Notes: generated by a model not told the origin, from the letters alone. A stretch of DNA of 64,000 bases from a virus (IMGVR_UViG_2724678985_000012), one strand, 5' to 3'. Positions 1-10,019 are shown, numbered from the stretch's first letter. Numbers and translations are program-made.

Positions 1-4
1 CGAG

Positions 5-30
5 TTCTCTTAAACCAAGGTTTAGGATTG
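5..30. other. cix/hix-type crossover site for the DNA invertase
   Basis: TTCTCTTAAACCAAGGTTTAGGATTG; imperfect 12-2-12 dyad with conserved inner AAACC-AA-GGTTT, overlapping the cin stop. Confidence 0.5.
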
Positions 31-582
31 AAATGATGACGCCGGAAACTTCTTATAAAGAGTGGAAACAGCCACATCATAGATGATTGCAACCTGCTTA
101 CGGGGGATGCCCTTCTCCAGCAATCGCCGCATTTGCTGCCATGTTTCTTCCTGGTATTTAGGCCGACGCCCACCTATTCGACCTTCTGCGCGAGCTGCAT
201 CAAGTCCAGCGCGTGTACGTTCAACAATAAGTTCACGTTCCATTTCTGCCAGCGCCCCCATTACGTGAAAGAAAAAGCGCCCCATTGGTGTACTGGTATC
301 GATGGAGTCAGTGAGACTCCGGAAGTTAATGCCTCTGTCACGCAGCTCTTCCACCAGCACAACTAGGTGACGCATGCTGCGCCCAAGACGATCTAACTTC
401 CATACGACCAGGGTGTCGCCTCTGGAAAGCATACGGAGAACCTTTTTTAACCCTGGGCGTTCAGCCTTTTTGCCGCTCGCCTTATCCTCAAAAATTAGCT
501 CACATCCTGCGCTTTCAAGGGCGTTTCGTTGTAAAGCGGTGTTTTGGTCATTAGTTGATACGCGAATGTATCCAATAAGCAT
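22..582 (-). CDS. cin: Cin/Hin/Gin-family serine DNA invertase
   Basis: 186 aa; N-terminal GYIRVSTNDQ catalytic Ser motif; C-terminal HTH; near-identical over its length to recalled Hin/Cin sequences. Confidence 0.9.
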   Translation of the reverse strand: MLIGYIRVSTNDQNTALQRNALESAGCELIFEDKASGKKAERPGLKKVLRMLSRGDTLVVWKLDRLGRSMRHLVVLVEELRDRGINFRSLTDSIDTSTPMGRFFFHVMGALAEMERELIVERTRAGLDAARAEGRIGGRRPKYQEETWQQMRRLLEKGIPRKQVAIIYDVAVSTLYKKFPASSFQS

Positions 583-687
583 ATGTCCCCCCTTGTATGT
601 TAAGGGGGGAGATTTTAGAAGATGTCCTGTAAGGAAATAACAAACTGACTAAGTTAGTGGCGCATTAGATGTTATTTCTGGAGGGGT

Positions 688-1014
688 ATGTTTGCAGATT
701 ATGAAAATCTGGCTGTAGTAGTCATAACATCCCTACTAAGTGGAACCGGCGTATTCCTTCTCGGAGTTAGAGACGGGCGCATTTCTGCGTCCCTGCTCAA
801 TCTTGCGAGTGAATTGTTTACTGCGGTAACAGCCGGGCTTGCGGGGTATGGGGTGGCGGTTAGCCAAGAATGGCCTGAAGGTATCATTTTCTGCGTTGTT
901 CTGATTGCCAGTAACAACGGTAGTGAAATTTTACAGGGCTTGAAGTCCAGAGCTAGTAACGTCTTGAATCTCTTAAGCGTAATAGCGAATGGGGGAAAAG
1001 GTGGAGAGAAATAA
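688..1014 (+). CDS. small membrane protein, possible holin (LydA-like by position)
   Basis: 108 aa, hydrophobic segments, ATG with GGAGGGG SD; first gene of operon next to cin. Confidence 0.35.
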   Translation: MFADYENLAVVVITSLLSGTGVFLLGVRDGRISASLLNLASELFTAVTAGLAGYGVAVSQEWPEGIIFCVVLIASNNGSEILQGLKSRASNVLNLLSVIANGGKGGEK

Positions 1015-1460
1015 TGGGTAACTTTGGAAATTATTTCATTTTTATCATGGCATTTGTTGCCATCATTGACCGTTTCATTTTTCGTCGCAAGAGTGTTGAG
1101 ATTTTGAGTATTGGTGACGCTGTAGTGAAAGAATCCGCTATAGCATTTCCTGTTTCGCTACGTGTTAAGCGAAGCTGGGTCAGCAATGCTCAAATCGAAT
1201 ATTGGTTGCAAGACCTGAAAAATCCATCTGTGGTTATTTCAGGGAAAACGCGACCAGTTGACGCCTCAAAACGCGGTGAGAGAGAAGAGTATTTGCTCAT
1301 CGATACGAAATATCTTGAGCCAACGAAGTGGGATCTGAAAGTCACATTGACTAACGGTAACTGCCGACTGAATCCGCTTTATCGCATTTTCCCTATCAAT
1401 GACTGCATAGAGCGCCAGTTTACGATCGAAAAGCGTGAAGGAGACTGGGATGTCAAATAA
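1014..1460 (+). CDS. hypothetical protein (LydB-like antiholin by position)
   Basis: 148 aa, start overlaps upstream stop (TAATG), N-terminal hydrophobic segment. Confidence 0.3.
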   Translation: MGNFGNYFIFIMAFVAIIDRFIFRRKSVEILSIGDAVVKESAIAFPVSLRVKRSWVSNAQIEYWLQDLKNPSVVISGKTRPVDASKRGEREEYLLIDTKYLEPTKWDLKVTLTNGNCRLNPLYRIFPINDCIERQFTIEKREGDWDVK

Positions 1461-2070
1461 GAATAATTATGTTCTTCTTAATTATGATGAGTTAAACGAA
1501 AAGGGGCTGGCAAAACTCGTCAAAGAAATCAGCAAAGGTGGTTACAAGATAGCGAGGGTGATCCCTGCAAGTAATGGCAGGAAGAAAGATGGGATCATGA
1601 CGCGCACGTTTACTCTTATTGGTATTGATGAACAGACAATGGAAGTTCAGGTTAACGATACCGGTGATATATCTGGGATCAAACTGAATGGTAAAACAGT
1701 ACCGTTCAAGCCAGTAAAAACAATGTCGGCTTTGGGGCAATCTCTTGCGGCTTTATTTAATCGCGGAGCAACTTCTTTCCAGAAGTCATTAGCTCGAAAA
1801 CTTGCTCGTGCAGCAAAAAATATTGATGATGGAAATAAGAAGCGGCAGGGAGTTAAATCTAACGCTCAGAAATTAGCTGAAGCGAAAGAATCACGTGATG
1901 CACTCCGTGAAGATATCGCTAATGCTAACGACAAACTGTCTAAACTCCAGAGCAAGTCAGACAAAGTAATGCAAGATACGGGTAACGTTAAAGCTGCCTT
2001 GTCTCAGGAAGTAGCTAAGACACGTGCTCTTAAAGAAGAAATCGCGCGCCTGGAGGATGAGCATGATTAA
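1450..2070 (+). CDS. hypothetical coiled-coil protein (Dar operon, Hdf-like position)
   Basis: ATG at 1450 with AGGAG SD; C-terminal coiled coil; overlaps neighbours. Confidence 0.35.
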   Translation: MSNKNNYVLLNYDELNEKGLAKLVKEISKGGYKIARVIPASNGRKKDGIMTRTFTLIGIDEQTMEVQVNDTGDISGIKLNGKTVPFKPVKTMSALGQSLAALFNRGATSFQKSLARKLARAAKNIDDGNKKRQGVKSNAQKLAEAKESRDALREDIANANDKLSKLQSKSDKVMQDTGNVKAALSQEVAKTRALKEEIARLEDEHD

Positions 2071-4000
2071 CAATCCTTTACGAATTAATATTCAGTCTAC
2101 TTTTGCTGATACGATCCCCGGCTATATGCCAAGTCGCTGGTCTTCAGAAGAATTAAGCGAAGATGACCTGATTTTTGAGGCGGCGACCTTAGAAGATATT
2201 GAGCTTGCCTATATGGGCAATGAAATTCTGGTTGTGTCTGACGAAGCTATGTTTGAGTCCATAACTACAACCAGAATTCGGTTAGCTCAAACAATGCGAG
2301 CTTTCGTCCGTGCGCTGAATCGTGGCCTGAATGGTACGAATATTATGGCAGGGACTGATGAAGCTGGGACCGATGAAAATGGACGTAATTGTATTGGTGG
2401 TGCGATTATCGGTCGTGTACGTCGGGTAGCTAATATCCCTGTTTTGACCGCGCAGATACCGCTTACTGACGGGCAGAGTACAAGCATAATTTTCCACTCT
2501 CCAACAGCTGACGGGGCAAAAATAAAGAGTAACGACGAGCTTGTTGCATTTCAGTTTTTACTTAATAAGCGTAACGTAACTCACGTTGTCGCCCCGATTG
2601 GTGGGAGAGATGTTTCTTTAAGCCAGGTATGCCAGGCGCTATCTAATTTGATTGAGCGTAACAGCGAAAAATTTAAGAAAGCAAAAGAGCGCCAGGACAA
2701 AATGAAGGCAGATATTGAGAGTTATCTCAATGAAGCAGATAAACTGGCAGAAGAACGGTCAATAATGATTGATCAGGTGGAAGTTGCGCAACGTGGGCTG
2801 ACTGAAAAGCGTGCTGCTCTTACGGAGATGCAAAAAAAACTTGATGCCCAGAAAGCTATCAATGAGGAGTTACAAGCAAAACGCGATAAATTGTTGTCTT
2901 CTAAAGGAGAAAAAACGAAAGAACGAGCGTTTAGTGACCAGCTGCGACATGTAAAACATAATCTTGCCATTGACGGAAAAACAGTGCTGGATAATGGCGC
3001 TGAAGTTAATTATGTCACGTCCGGCAGTGACAATTTCGTTACGATAGTAGCACCTGAAGGTAAATTCAGTATTGATGCCAGTGCTGTCAAAGGAGGCAGT
3101 TTGGCAGATGCTGCAACCAAATTACTTAAAGCCTACCGAGAGCATAACGCAGAAAAATATAAAGTTGATTTGTTACCAGGCCAGCTGGAAGACTCCGAAC
3201 CACCACAGACGGACCCCGAAACAAACCCAGTATCACAACCAGAGAGCCAAGATGTAGGTAAATACCACTATGCACTTCAATCTCGCCCGGCTGGTGTTGG
3301 TGCTGTTCCGGATGGAAATAAAGCCGTGCTTGATCGTCCTGACCAGGCTGATCAGTATTACGAATATGCTCGTCACGGTATCATTACGTATGACCGTAAA
3401 CTGACAGATGAAGAAGTCAGCCAGTACGAGTTGCTTTATCTTCCTGATGAAGATGAGCTGAAAGATTTTGCAGGCCAATTGGTTGCGTCCAGCATGTCGA
3501 AACATATTGATGGCTATGTGGACCTGTTTGGCAGTGACCTGAAAACATTCAAGGCGCAAGTGAAAATTCTTTTCCGCAAAGCGTTTCCAAACGTGGCGTA
3601 TCCACTTAGTGATGGGGAGAACCTTTTCATTATGGACGTGTATAACGCCCTTCAAAATCATTCAAGCGAAGTAAAAACAGAGCATGTGGTTGAGCCAGAA
3701 TCACAACCACAACCACAACCACAACCAGCACCAGAACAGGAGTCGGAGCCAGAAGAAGCGGGTGAATCAGCAAGTGAAGCTGATCAGGAAGCAGATAAAG
3801 CGCTGGAGTACCTGAAATCCGTGCCGGAGCAGTTTACATCCCGCGATCTGACGGTCATCAGTGCTGAACTTGATCATGTGCAGGAAGCAGCAAACGCTCT
3901 AATCAGTGCAGGTCGATACGACGAGAACGAAGCCACTGTGGGTGCAGCAGTTGACTACCTGATCAATATTCTGGCTGAAATTCAGCAGGGAGGTGTTTAA
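2057..4000 (+). CDS. large coiled-coil protein, candidate DarA-like internal head / antirestriction protein
   Basis: about 647 aa, central coiled coil, acidic QP-repeat linker; size and synteny with P1 darA operon. Confidence 0.35.
   Translation: MSMINNPLRINIQSTFADTIPGYMPSRWSSEELSEDDLIFEAATLEDIELAYMGNEILVVSDEAMFESITTTRIRLAQTMRAFVRALNRGLNGTNIMAGTDEAGTDENGRNCIGGAIIGRVRRVANIPVLTAQIPLTDGQSTSIIFHSPTADGAKIKSNDELVAFQFLLNKRNVTHVVAPIGGRDVSLSQVCQALSNLIERNSEKFKKAKERQDKMKADIESYLNEADKLAEERSIMIDQVEVAQRGLTEKRAALTEMQKKLDAQKAINEELQAKRDKLLSSKGEKTKERAFSDQLRHVKHNLAIDGKTVLDNGAEVNYVTSGSDNFVTIVAPEGKFSIDASAVKGGSLADAATKLLKAYREHNAEKYKVDLLPGQLEDSEPPQTDPETNPVSQPESQDVGKYHYALQSRPAGVGAVPDGNKAVLDRPDQADQYYEYARHGIITYDRKLTDEEVSQYELLYLPDEDELKDFAGQLVASSMSKHIDGYVDLFGSDLKTFKAQVKILFRKAFPNVAYPLSDGENLFIMDVYNALQNHSSEVKTEHVVEPESQPQPQPQPAPEQESEPEEAGESASEADQEADKALEYLKSVPEQFTSRDLTVISAELDHVQEAANALISAGRYDENEATVGAAVDYLINILAEIQQGGV
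3703..3728 (+). repeat. in-frame hexanucleotide microsatellite (ACAACC)x4 encoding a QP repeat
   Basis: cacaaccacaaccacaaccacaacca inside the 2057-4000 ORF. Confidence 0.8.
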
Positions 4001-4368
4001 TGACCATCTCTGTTTTAGACCGCCTGAAATTAGGTAAAGAGCTATCAGATCTAATGCAGGCGCAGAAAACTGCGCCAGTATTGCAACGCGTCACCATTGG
4101 TAAGCAGATTGTTGATGTGATGCTGAAATTGGGCCTGGGGACTGCCGCGCAACCGGCAGCGGAACCGCAACAACAGGCTGATCCTGTTGTAGATGAAGTC
4201 CCTAAGATAGTGACTGACTTCCTGGGCGGTGTGTTCACAAAGTCCACACAAATGGAATTTATTGATGCGCTGCGTGGGATCTCAAACTATGTTGGCGAGT
4301 TCCTTACGTTGGAGCAGGCTAAAGAGCAGACCATAAGCTGGGTGAAAGCTAACGGTTATGCCGGGTAA
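4000..4368 (+). CDS. hypothetical protein
   Basis: 122 aa ORF, ATG overlapping upstream stop; hairpin downstream. Confidence 0.4.
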   Translation: MTISVLDRLKLGKELSDLMQAQKTAPVLQRVTIGKQIVDVMLKLGLGTAAQPAAEPQQQADPVVDEVPKIVTDFLGGVFTKSTQMEFIDALRGISNYVGEFLTLEQAKEQTISWVKANGYAG

Positions 4369-4450
4369 TCAAAAGGGGCTGAAATGCCCCTTTCACTTAT
4401 CTGTTCTCACATAAATCACACACTTTTTACACTCACAGCTTTCTCTATAG

Positions 4451-5848
4451 TTGGAGTGTATTTTGAACAAATCAGTTACTTCTGCGCTTTCCGAGGCCGC
4501 AGATATTAACAGCGTCATTGCTCTGGTTTCTTCATTAGAGAGGAAAGAAACACGCCTGGGGCGAAGTAGCTACGTAGTCACCAGCAAAGGTGCAGAGGTA
4601 AAGACGGCTTTTAAGGTCGTTGACGCCAGCAGTCTGATCATTTCGAACAACCTTGACGGTGCGATTAACCCGGCCTTCCCGGAAGAACTCCAACCACGAG
4701 ATCGTACCCGGCTATCCAGCAAACTCCAGGTTAACCGTATTGCCTCCAATTTACGCCCGGCACAATTAACGGATTCCGGTATGAGCAGCCACGGAGCGCC
4801 TATAGTTGGTCCGGACAACGTTGTTGAATCCGGCAACGGAAGGAGTATGGGTATCTGGCGTGCCTATGAGCAAGGACAGGCGGATGAGTATCGCCAGTAC
4901 CTGATCGACCATGCGAAAGAGTTTGGTCTGAATCCTGACGAAATTTCGCAAATGTCTATGCCCGTACTGGTGCGAGAAAGACTCACAGATGTAGACCGCG
5001 CTCAATTTGCCCGCGATTCAAACATTAGTGATCTGCAAGAGATGGCAGCAAGTGAAAAAGCGTATGCGGATGCGCAATTTCTCACTGAGAGCGTCATGGC
5101 GCTATTTAATCCTTCAGATGATGGAAATCTGCTGGCGCGGTCCAATGATGCGTTTATTCGTGCGTTTTTGCGCGAAATTGGCGATACAGCGATGGCAGGC
5201 TTGCTTACTGCCGATGGGCGTCCCACGAAACAGCTTATCGATCGCATCCAGAATGCAATTTTTGCCAAAGCGTACAAGGATGAAAGGCTTGTTCGGCTGG
5301 TGTCGGAAGAGCCAGATCCGGAAATGCGTAATATCCTGACCGCATTAAATACGGCAGCCAGCGATTTTGCGCAAATGCAGTCGCTGTCTGGCGACGCTCA
5401 CCATGACGCAGTAACAGGCTTAGTGGACGGTATAGAGCAGGTTAATGGCCTGGATACACAGGCGATAGCAGCACTCCAGGAAGCAATTAATCTTGTTCGT
5501 GAAGCCAAAGACAACGGTCAGGCCGTTGAAGAAGTGATCGCCCAAAGGGGGTTATTCGGCGACAGTACACCGGAAGCTGAGGCATTGGCGCTATTCATCG
5601 TAGCAAATAATCGCAGTGCGAAGCGTATGGGGGCAGCATTCAAAAAAATGGCGCAAAAAATCAACGACGAGCTGACTCATAAACAACAGGCATTGGGCGA
5701 TATGTTCGGCGGTGGCGATGTTGATCTGCGTCGTATTTTGTCTGCTGTATCTGATGAAATTGAGGGTGAATTTGGCGAAGGGAAAGGTCTGAACTTTGCT
5801 ATGTTTGAAAATTCTACAGATCTAAATAATTGCCGTACGGAAAACTAA
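4451..5848 (+). CDS. ParB/Srx-like nuclease-domain protein
   Basis: 465 aa; N-terminal motifs PAFPEELQPRDR and VVESGNGRSMGI resemble ParB N-domain boxes; alternative TTG start. Confidence 0.45.
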   Translation: MECILNKSVTSALSEAADINSVIALVSSLERKETRLGRSSYVVTSKGAEVKTAFKVVDASSLIISNNLDGAINPAFPEELQPRDRTRLSSKLQVNRIASNLRPAQLTDSGMSSHGAPIVGPDNVVESGNGRSMGIWRAYEQGQADEYRQYLIDHAKEFGLNPDEISQMSMPVLVRERLTDVDRAQFARDSNISDLQEMAASEKAYADAQFLTESVMALFNPSDDGNLLARSNDAFIRAFLREIGDTAMAGLLTADGRPTKQLIDRIQNAIFAKAYKDERLVRLVSEEPDPEMRNILTALNTAASDFAQMQSLSGDAHHDAVTGLVDGIEQVNGLDTQAIAALQEAINLVREAKDNGQAVEEVIAQRGLFGDSTPEAEALALFIVANNRSAKRMGAAFKKMAQKINDELTHKQQALGDMFGGGDVDLRRILSAVSDEIEGEFGEGKGLNFAMFENSTDLNNCRTEN

Positions 5849-5912
5849 ACCAACCGCTGAAATCACATACTGATTATGCTGCCGCAAAACTGGAAACAAT
5901 TTGCGGTGATTC

Positions 5913-7595
5913 ATGGCAACGAAAGACAAAAACAAAGGCTTTCTGTCAGCATTGAAGAAAGCCTTCAACGGTGGTGATGTTACGCCCGCCGATCCGGTCG
6001 TTTTTACGAGCGGGCATAGTGTCGTTGCTCGTTCCGGCCTGTCTGCTTTACGCCCAGGTATACTGGGGAGCAACAGCGATGGCATGACGAGTGCAGCAGA
6101 TTCAATTTCTTTATCCTCTGAACTGCCCGGCGAGCGCCTGCAAAAGTACAACATCCTGGAAACGATGGCTAAAAGCCCGACTATCTCGACGGCTTTAAAT
6201 ATTCACATTGCACATGCGCTTGCGCCTTCAAAAAAAACCGGACAAGCATTCATCCTTTCGCCAAAGGATGGTTCCGATGCTGAGGCAGTAAGTAGATGTG
6301 AAGAGTTAACTGCTGATTTGGGGGCGATGATTAATGACGGACTTCCTTCATGGGCCATGATTATGGCGATCTTTGGGGTGTCTTATGTCCGCCCTTATGC
6401 TGAACAGGGCAGGGGGATAACAGGCATTGAGTCCAGTTATTACACTCTGCCACACTTCGTCCAGGAGTTTTATCGTGGTAGCCAGCTGGTAGGTTTCAGT
6501 GGTGATTACATCCTGGATACGCATAGTTTGCGCAGAGTAATAACCGAACCGTGGAATCTGGTTTCCATGAAAAATCCCTATTGGACGCCGCAGCATAAAG
6601 TTATTCCGGTCAGCTACGGCACAAAAGGGTACTCACTGTTAAGTGAGCAGGCTGATAAGCCGTTAATGGAGACGCAGAATTACGGAACTTCATTCCTTGA
6701 ATACAGCTATGAACCTTACCTGAATTTATGTGCTGCGCTCGCCGCGCTGAAATCAACGCGAAATAATGCAGCCAAAATTGACCGCCTGATTGCTCTTACG
6801 ACGAACACACTGGACCCGGTTAATGCGGCGAACTATACGCGTGGCGTCAGCCAGGCATTGAAGCGACATAGTGACCTGGTGGCGCAAAGGTCGATTAATG
6901 CCAACGCTATTCCGACGGTGCTTAACCACCTGATACCTGTTATGGGAGACGGGAAGAACGGTATCACTATTGATACGCAATCCATACCCGCAGATATCAG
7001 TGGTATCGAAGACGTTATGTTTCACCTCCGGCAGCTTGCTGCAAGCCTAGGCATTGACGCAACAATGCTTGGCTGGGCTGATCAGATGAGTGGTGGACTT
7101 GGGGAAGGCGGTTGGCAGCAAACAGCTATCCAGGCCGCATTACGTGCGAACTGGATCAGACAGGCCGCGCAGCGAACTATTTATCGGCTTCATGATATTC
7201 ACCTCGCTTATAAATACGGGAAGGTTTACACCGAAAAAAACCGTCCTTATGACGTGCAATTCAACTCAATGAACACTGCTATCCAGGAAGAGGAAAACCG
7301 GGAACTGGATGCACGCGCCAACTTTGTTGCTGTCATCTCCCAAATTATGGACCAGATCCAGAACAACCCGAAACTGGCTGGTAGTGACGCGTTTATGCGT
7401 TATCTGTTCACCGAGCAGTTGCACATCGACGATGACACTCTCAACACCATGATCAAAGAGTTTAAGGCGAATGAATCAGAGCAAAACAACGAGCATGGTA
7501 TGTACGAATCCGCGCCGTTGTCGTCCGGTGACGATCCGGAAAACTGGACGCCAGAACAGTTAATAAACTTTGCAAAATTTGTGATGAGCAATTAA
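5913..7595 (+). CDS. putative portal protein
   Basis: 560 aa, acidic C-terminus, followed by protease/scaffold-like gene; P1 prt-pro-like synteny; not motif-verified. Confidence 0.4.
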   Translation: MATKDKNKGFLSALKKAFNGGDVTPADPVVFTSGHSVVARSGLSALRPGILGSNSDGMTSAADSISLSSELPGERLQKYNILETMAKSPTISTALNIHIAHALAPSKKTGQAFILSPKDGSDAEAVSRCEELTADLGAMINDGLPSWAMIMAIFGVSYVRPYAEQGRGITGIESSYYTLPHFVQEFYRGSQLVGFSGDYILDTHSLRRVITEPWNLVSMKNPYWTPQHKVIPVSYGTKGYSLLSEQADKPLMETQNYGTSFLEYSYEPYLNLCAALAALKSTRNNAAKIDRLIALTTNTLDPVNAANYTRGVSQALKRHSDLVAQRSINANAIPTVLNHLIPVMGDGKNGITIDTQSIPADISGIEDVMFHLRQLAASLGIDATMLGWADQMSGGLGEGGWQQTAIQAALRANWIRQAAQRTIYRLHDIHLAYKYGKVYTEKNRPYDVQFNSMNTAIQEEENRELDARANFVAVISQIMDQIQNNPKLAGSDAFMRYLFTEQLHIDDDTLNTMIKEFKANESEQNNEHGMYESAPLSSGDDPENWTPEQLINFAKFVMSN

Positions 7596-7608
7596 CCGGA
7601 GGGAAATA

Positions 7609-8607
7609 ATGCAATCACTGAATACTGTTACGGATCGCTTCTCCCTGGTAGAGAAAATCCGCAAACACACACCGCAGAACAACCGAAATTATGTCATTCA
7701 GTCGGTACGAGACACATTCAACTCGCCAGAAACAAAAGAGCGTATCGCGCTGGGTGAGATGTATGGTTATTACGGTCATGGTCGCCGGGCGATGCACTAT
7801 AACAAAACGAAAAGCCTGAACTTGCCGGAAGTCTCTGTTGTGATGGTAGATGGGAAGCCTGTTGTATTGGAGAACGTGCCGTCAAACAGGACTATCGACA
7901 TTTCGATTGACGACAACGGCATTGTTACGCATACGCAGGAAATACTGGATACAGACACCGGGCGTATTGTTCAGGGCATGATTAATTCTGGTGCTGGTGG
8001 TTGGTCGTGGGCTACATCTGGTCCAGATTCATCGGTATCCCTGGTAAAGTCTTTCCACGGCTTTGATTACGTAACTGTGCCTAACTATATCAGCCTCGAC
8101 AAGAAAAGCCTGATGCTTGAATCAGCAGAAGAGCGCGATGCGGCTATTCATGCAGCACTTATCGAACAAGGTTTTACCGATAACGCTGCTACGGATCTGG
8201 TTCACCACTTTTCAGCAATGAAAAATCAGCAAGCCATGCTCGAATCTGCACATCGTGAAGCCCTGGAATCAGAATTGATGCTCCTTGAAGTGGAAAACAT
8301 ACAGCTTCGAGATAAGCTGCGCGCTCAAACAGCGATGATGGAAAGCCAGGGGGAAAATGCAAAGCAATGCCGCCGGATTTTGCGTGACGCTATCCAGGAA
8401 ATGCCTGTTTTTATCAGCGCAGAACAGCGCCGGGCGCTCTGCCGTATGCAGTCTGAAGATGATGCCCGCATAGTGGCTGCGATGCTTGAATCTCTTGGGG
8501 CAAATGCTACTTATGGCTTACCGGTATCAGGCAAGAAAGAACCAGAGTTATCACCGAAGGAGAACAAAAACACCACCCCGTTACTCTTCGTTTCTAGAAG
8601 GGGGTAA
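7609..8607 (+). CDS. putative head maturation protease / scaffold (Pro-like)
   Basis: 332 aa, C-terminal coiled coil, immediately downstream of portal candidate. Confidence 0.3.
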   Translation: MQSLNTVTDRFSLVEKIRKHTPQNNRNYVIQSVRDTFNSPETKERIALGEMYGYYGHGRRAMHYNKTKSLNLPEVSVVMVDGKPVVLENVPSNRTIDISIDDNGIVTHTQEILDTDTGRIVQGMINSGAGGWSWATSGPDSSVSLVKSFHGFDYVTVPNYISLDKKSLMLESAEERDAAIHAALIEQGFTDNAATDLVHHFSAMKNQQAMLESAHREALESELMLLEVENIQLRDKLRAQTAMMESQGENAKQCRRILRDAIQEMPVFISAEQRRALCRMQSEDDARIVAAMLESLGANATYGLPVSGKKEPELSPKENKNTTPLLFVSRRG

Positions 8608-8618
8608 CCGCCTTGTTA

Positions 8619-8637
8619 AGTTAAATTTCTAACATAG
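8619..8637 (+). promoter_or_regulatory. C1-operator-like motif site 1
   Basis: AAATTTCTAACATAG; member of 13-site family; followed by dyad AGTGTATTTATATACACT. Confidence 0.5.
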
Positions 8638-8720
8638 TGTATTTATATACACTGTTGATCCTGGTGGATGGGATCGAGTAGGATCGCGGTCACTGCTCCG
8701 GTAGCGACTGCCAAAAAAGC

Positions 8721-8746
8721 AAAAGCCGCTGAGAAGCGGCTTTTTG
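8721..8746 (+). terminator. rho-independent terminator
   Basis: agccgc-tgagaa-gcggc stem-loop followed by TTTTT. Confidence 0.6.
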
Positions 8747-8807
8747 GGTGTATAAATCCACTGCCATAGATTTATACGGTAGATAGATTTTTTCACGGAA
8801 CTATCTG

Positions 8808-9770
8808 GTGAGTATTTTAAATTCAGTTTCAGTAACTTTCAACACTTCTGAGTATAAAAACAACACTGAATACCACAAAAAAATCAAAGGTCATCAGTTG
8901 AGTTTTTTTGCTCGTCATAGCGGTCTTCTTTCCCCTTCACATAGCGCCATTATTGCCGAGTTCGCCAACCTGGCAGGGTCTACCGATGAATACATGATCC
9001 GTCGCTCATATGCTGATATGTCCGAGATTACAGGACGCAGCATTTCTACTGTGCGCCGGGCATTTGCTGAAGCGACGAAGTGCGGAATGCTTGTTAAGCA
9101 ACATCAGGTAGCGAATAACAATGCCCAGGTGTGTAACGTATATCGGTTTACGACACAATTTCTCCACTTCATTCATGTAGCAATGGAGATAGGGGGTAAG
9201 CAGGGCATCAAATTTGCCAACGCCACAAAGCTGGTTAAGCAGTTGATTTCAAAGGTTCGTTATTTTTTTGAAACTGGGAACCCCCTGTTCAAATTGAACA
9301 AGTCCCCCCATGTTCAAAATGAACAGCCAATAGAAAATAAGAGTCACTCTATAGCCAAAAGAAGAGAAAGATCATGCGCGGTTCAGCCAAAGGCTTCACC
9401 AGCAGATAGTACTCAAGCGGATAATGGGGGACTGGATAAAAAAACAGTAATCAGGGAAGAACATACCAACCACTGCCTGGCGGCGGCAAAAGCGAGAGCT
9501 GCAAAGCGTCGTTCAGACGAGGGGCACGCAAAACGGCAGGCTCTGTATCGTACCGCTGAAAAGCTGGCAAAAAAATTTGCATGGATACGTAGTGCCGCTA
9601 CCGCAGTGAATAAGCCTAAACAATCCAGTGCCCTGGATTTCTCAATGGATTATTCTGGCTCCCAGGGGTGTGTAACCATTGGTGAAGCCTTTGACCTGAT
9701 GAAACAGCGTGGCTATCGGTCTGAATTTGACCGGGAGGATTGGTCAATCCCTGCGGGATTTAGGGGATGA
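8808..9770 (+). CDS. hypothetical protein with winged-helix-like segment
   Basis: 320 aa; GTG start uncertain; segment ITGRSISTVRRAFAEA HTH-like; basic C-terminal half. Confidence 0.3.
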   Translation: MSILNSVSVTFNTSEYKNNTEYHKKIKGHQLSFFARHSGLLSPSHSAIIAEFANLAGSTDEYMIRRSYADMSEITGRSISTVRRAFAEATKCGMLVKQHQVANNNAQVCNVYRFTTQFLHFIHVAMEIGGKQGIKFANATKLVKQLISKVRYFFETGNPLFKLNKSPHVQNEQPIENKSHSIAKRRERSCAVQPKASPADSTQADNGGLDKKTVIREEHTNHCLAAAKARAAKRRSDEGHAKRQALYRTAEKLAKKFAWIRSAATAVNKPKQSSALDFSMDYSGSQGCVTIGEAFDLMKQRGYRSEFDREDWSIPAGFRG

Positions 9771-9821
9771 CCTGTGTGTCTACAAAGCATCCCAATGATC
9801 GGAAAATGCTCGCTCGATGAT

Positions 9822-9838
9822 TTGTGTTAGAAAATTAA
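9822..9838 (-). promoter_or_regulatory. C1-operator-like motif site 2 (with inverted partial partner at 9845-9856)
   Basis: TGTGTTAGAAAATTAATTT then GTTTCTAAAT. Confidence 0.45.
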
Positions 9839-10019
9839 TTTGCTGTTTCTAAATCGGAATGTATGATCTGCATCATCGACTGAAGTCATCCATTGCTGAA
9901 ATTTTTAGTTGATCTTCCATGTTTTCAGGCTTATATTCATGCCGTCGTAGCAAATTCTGCGACCAGGTTTGACAGCCTGAATGTTAGTGCGGACAACCGC
10001 AGATTTCCGATATTGCGGT

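Noticed and set aside
3703-3728. Short tandem repeat as a possible CRISPR or regulatory repeat array
   Set aside because: Only 4 contiguous hexamers, no spacers, and fully inside a coding frame (QP linker); no CRISPR-like arrays found anywhere in the window.
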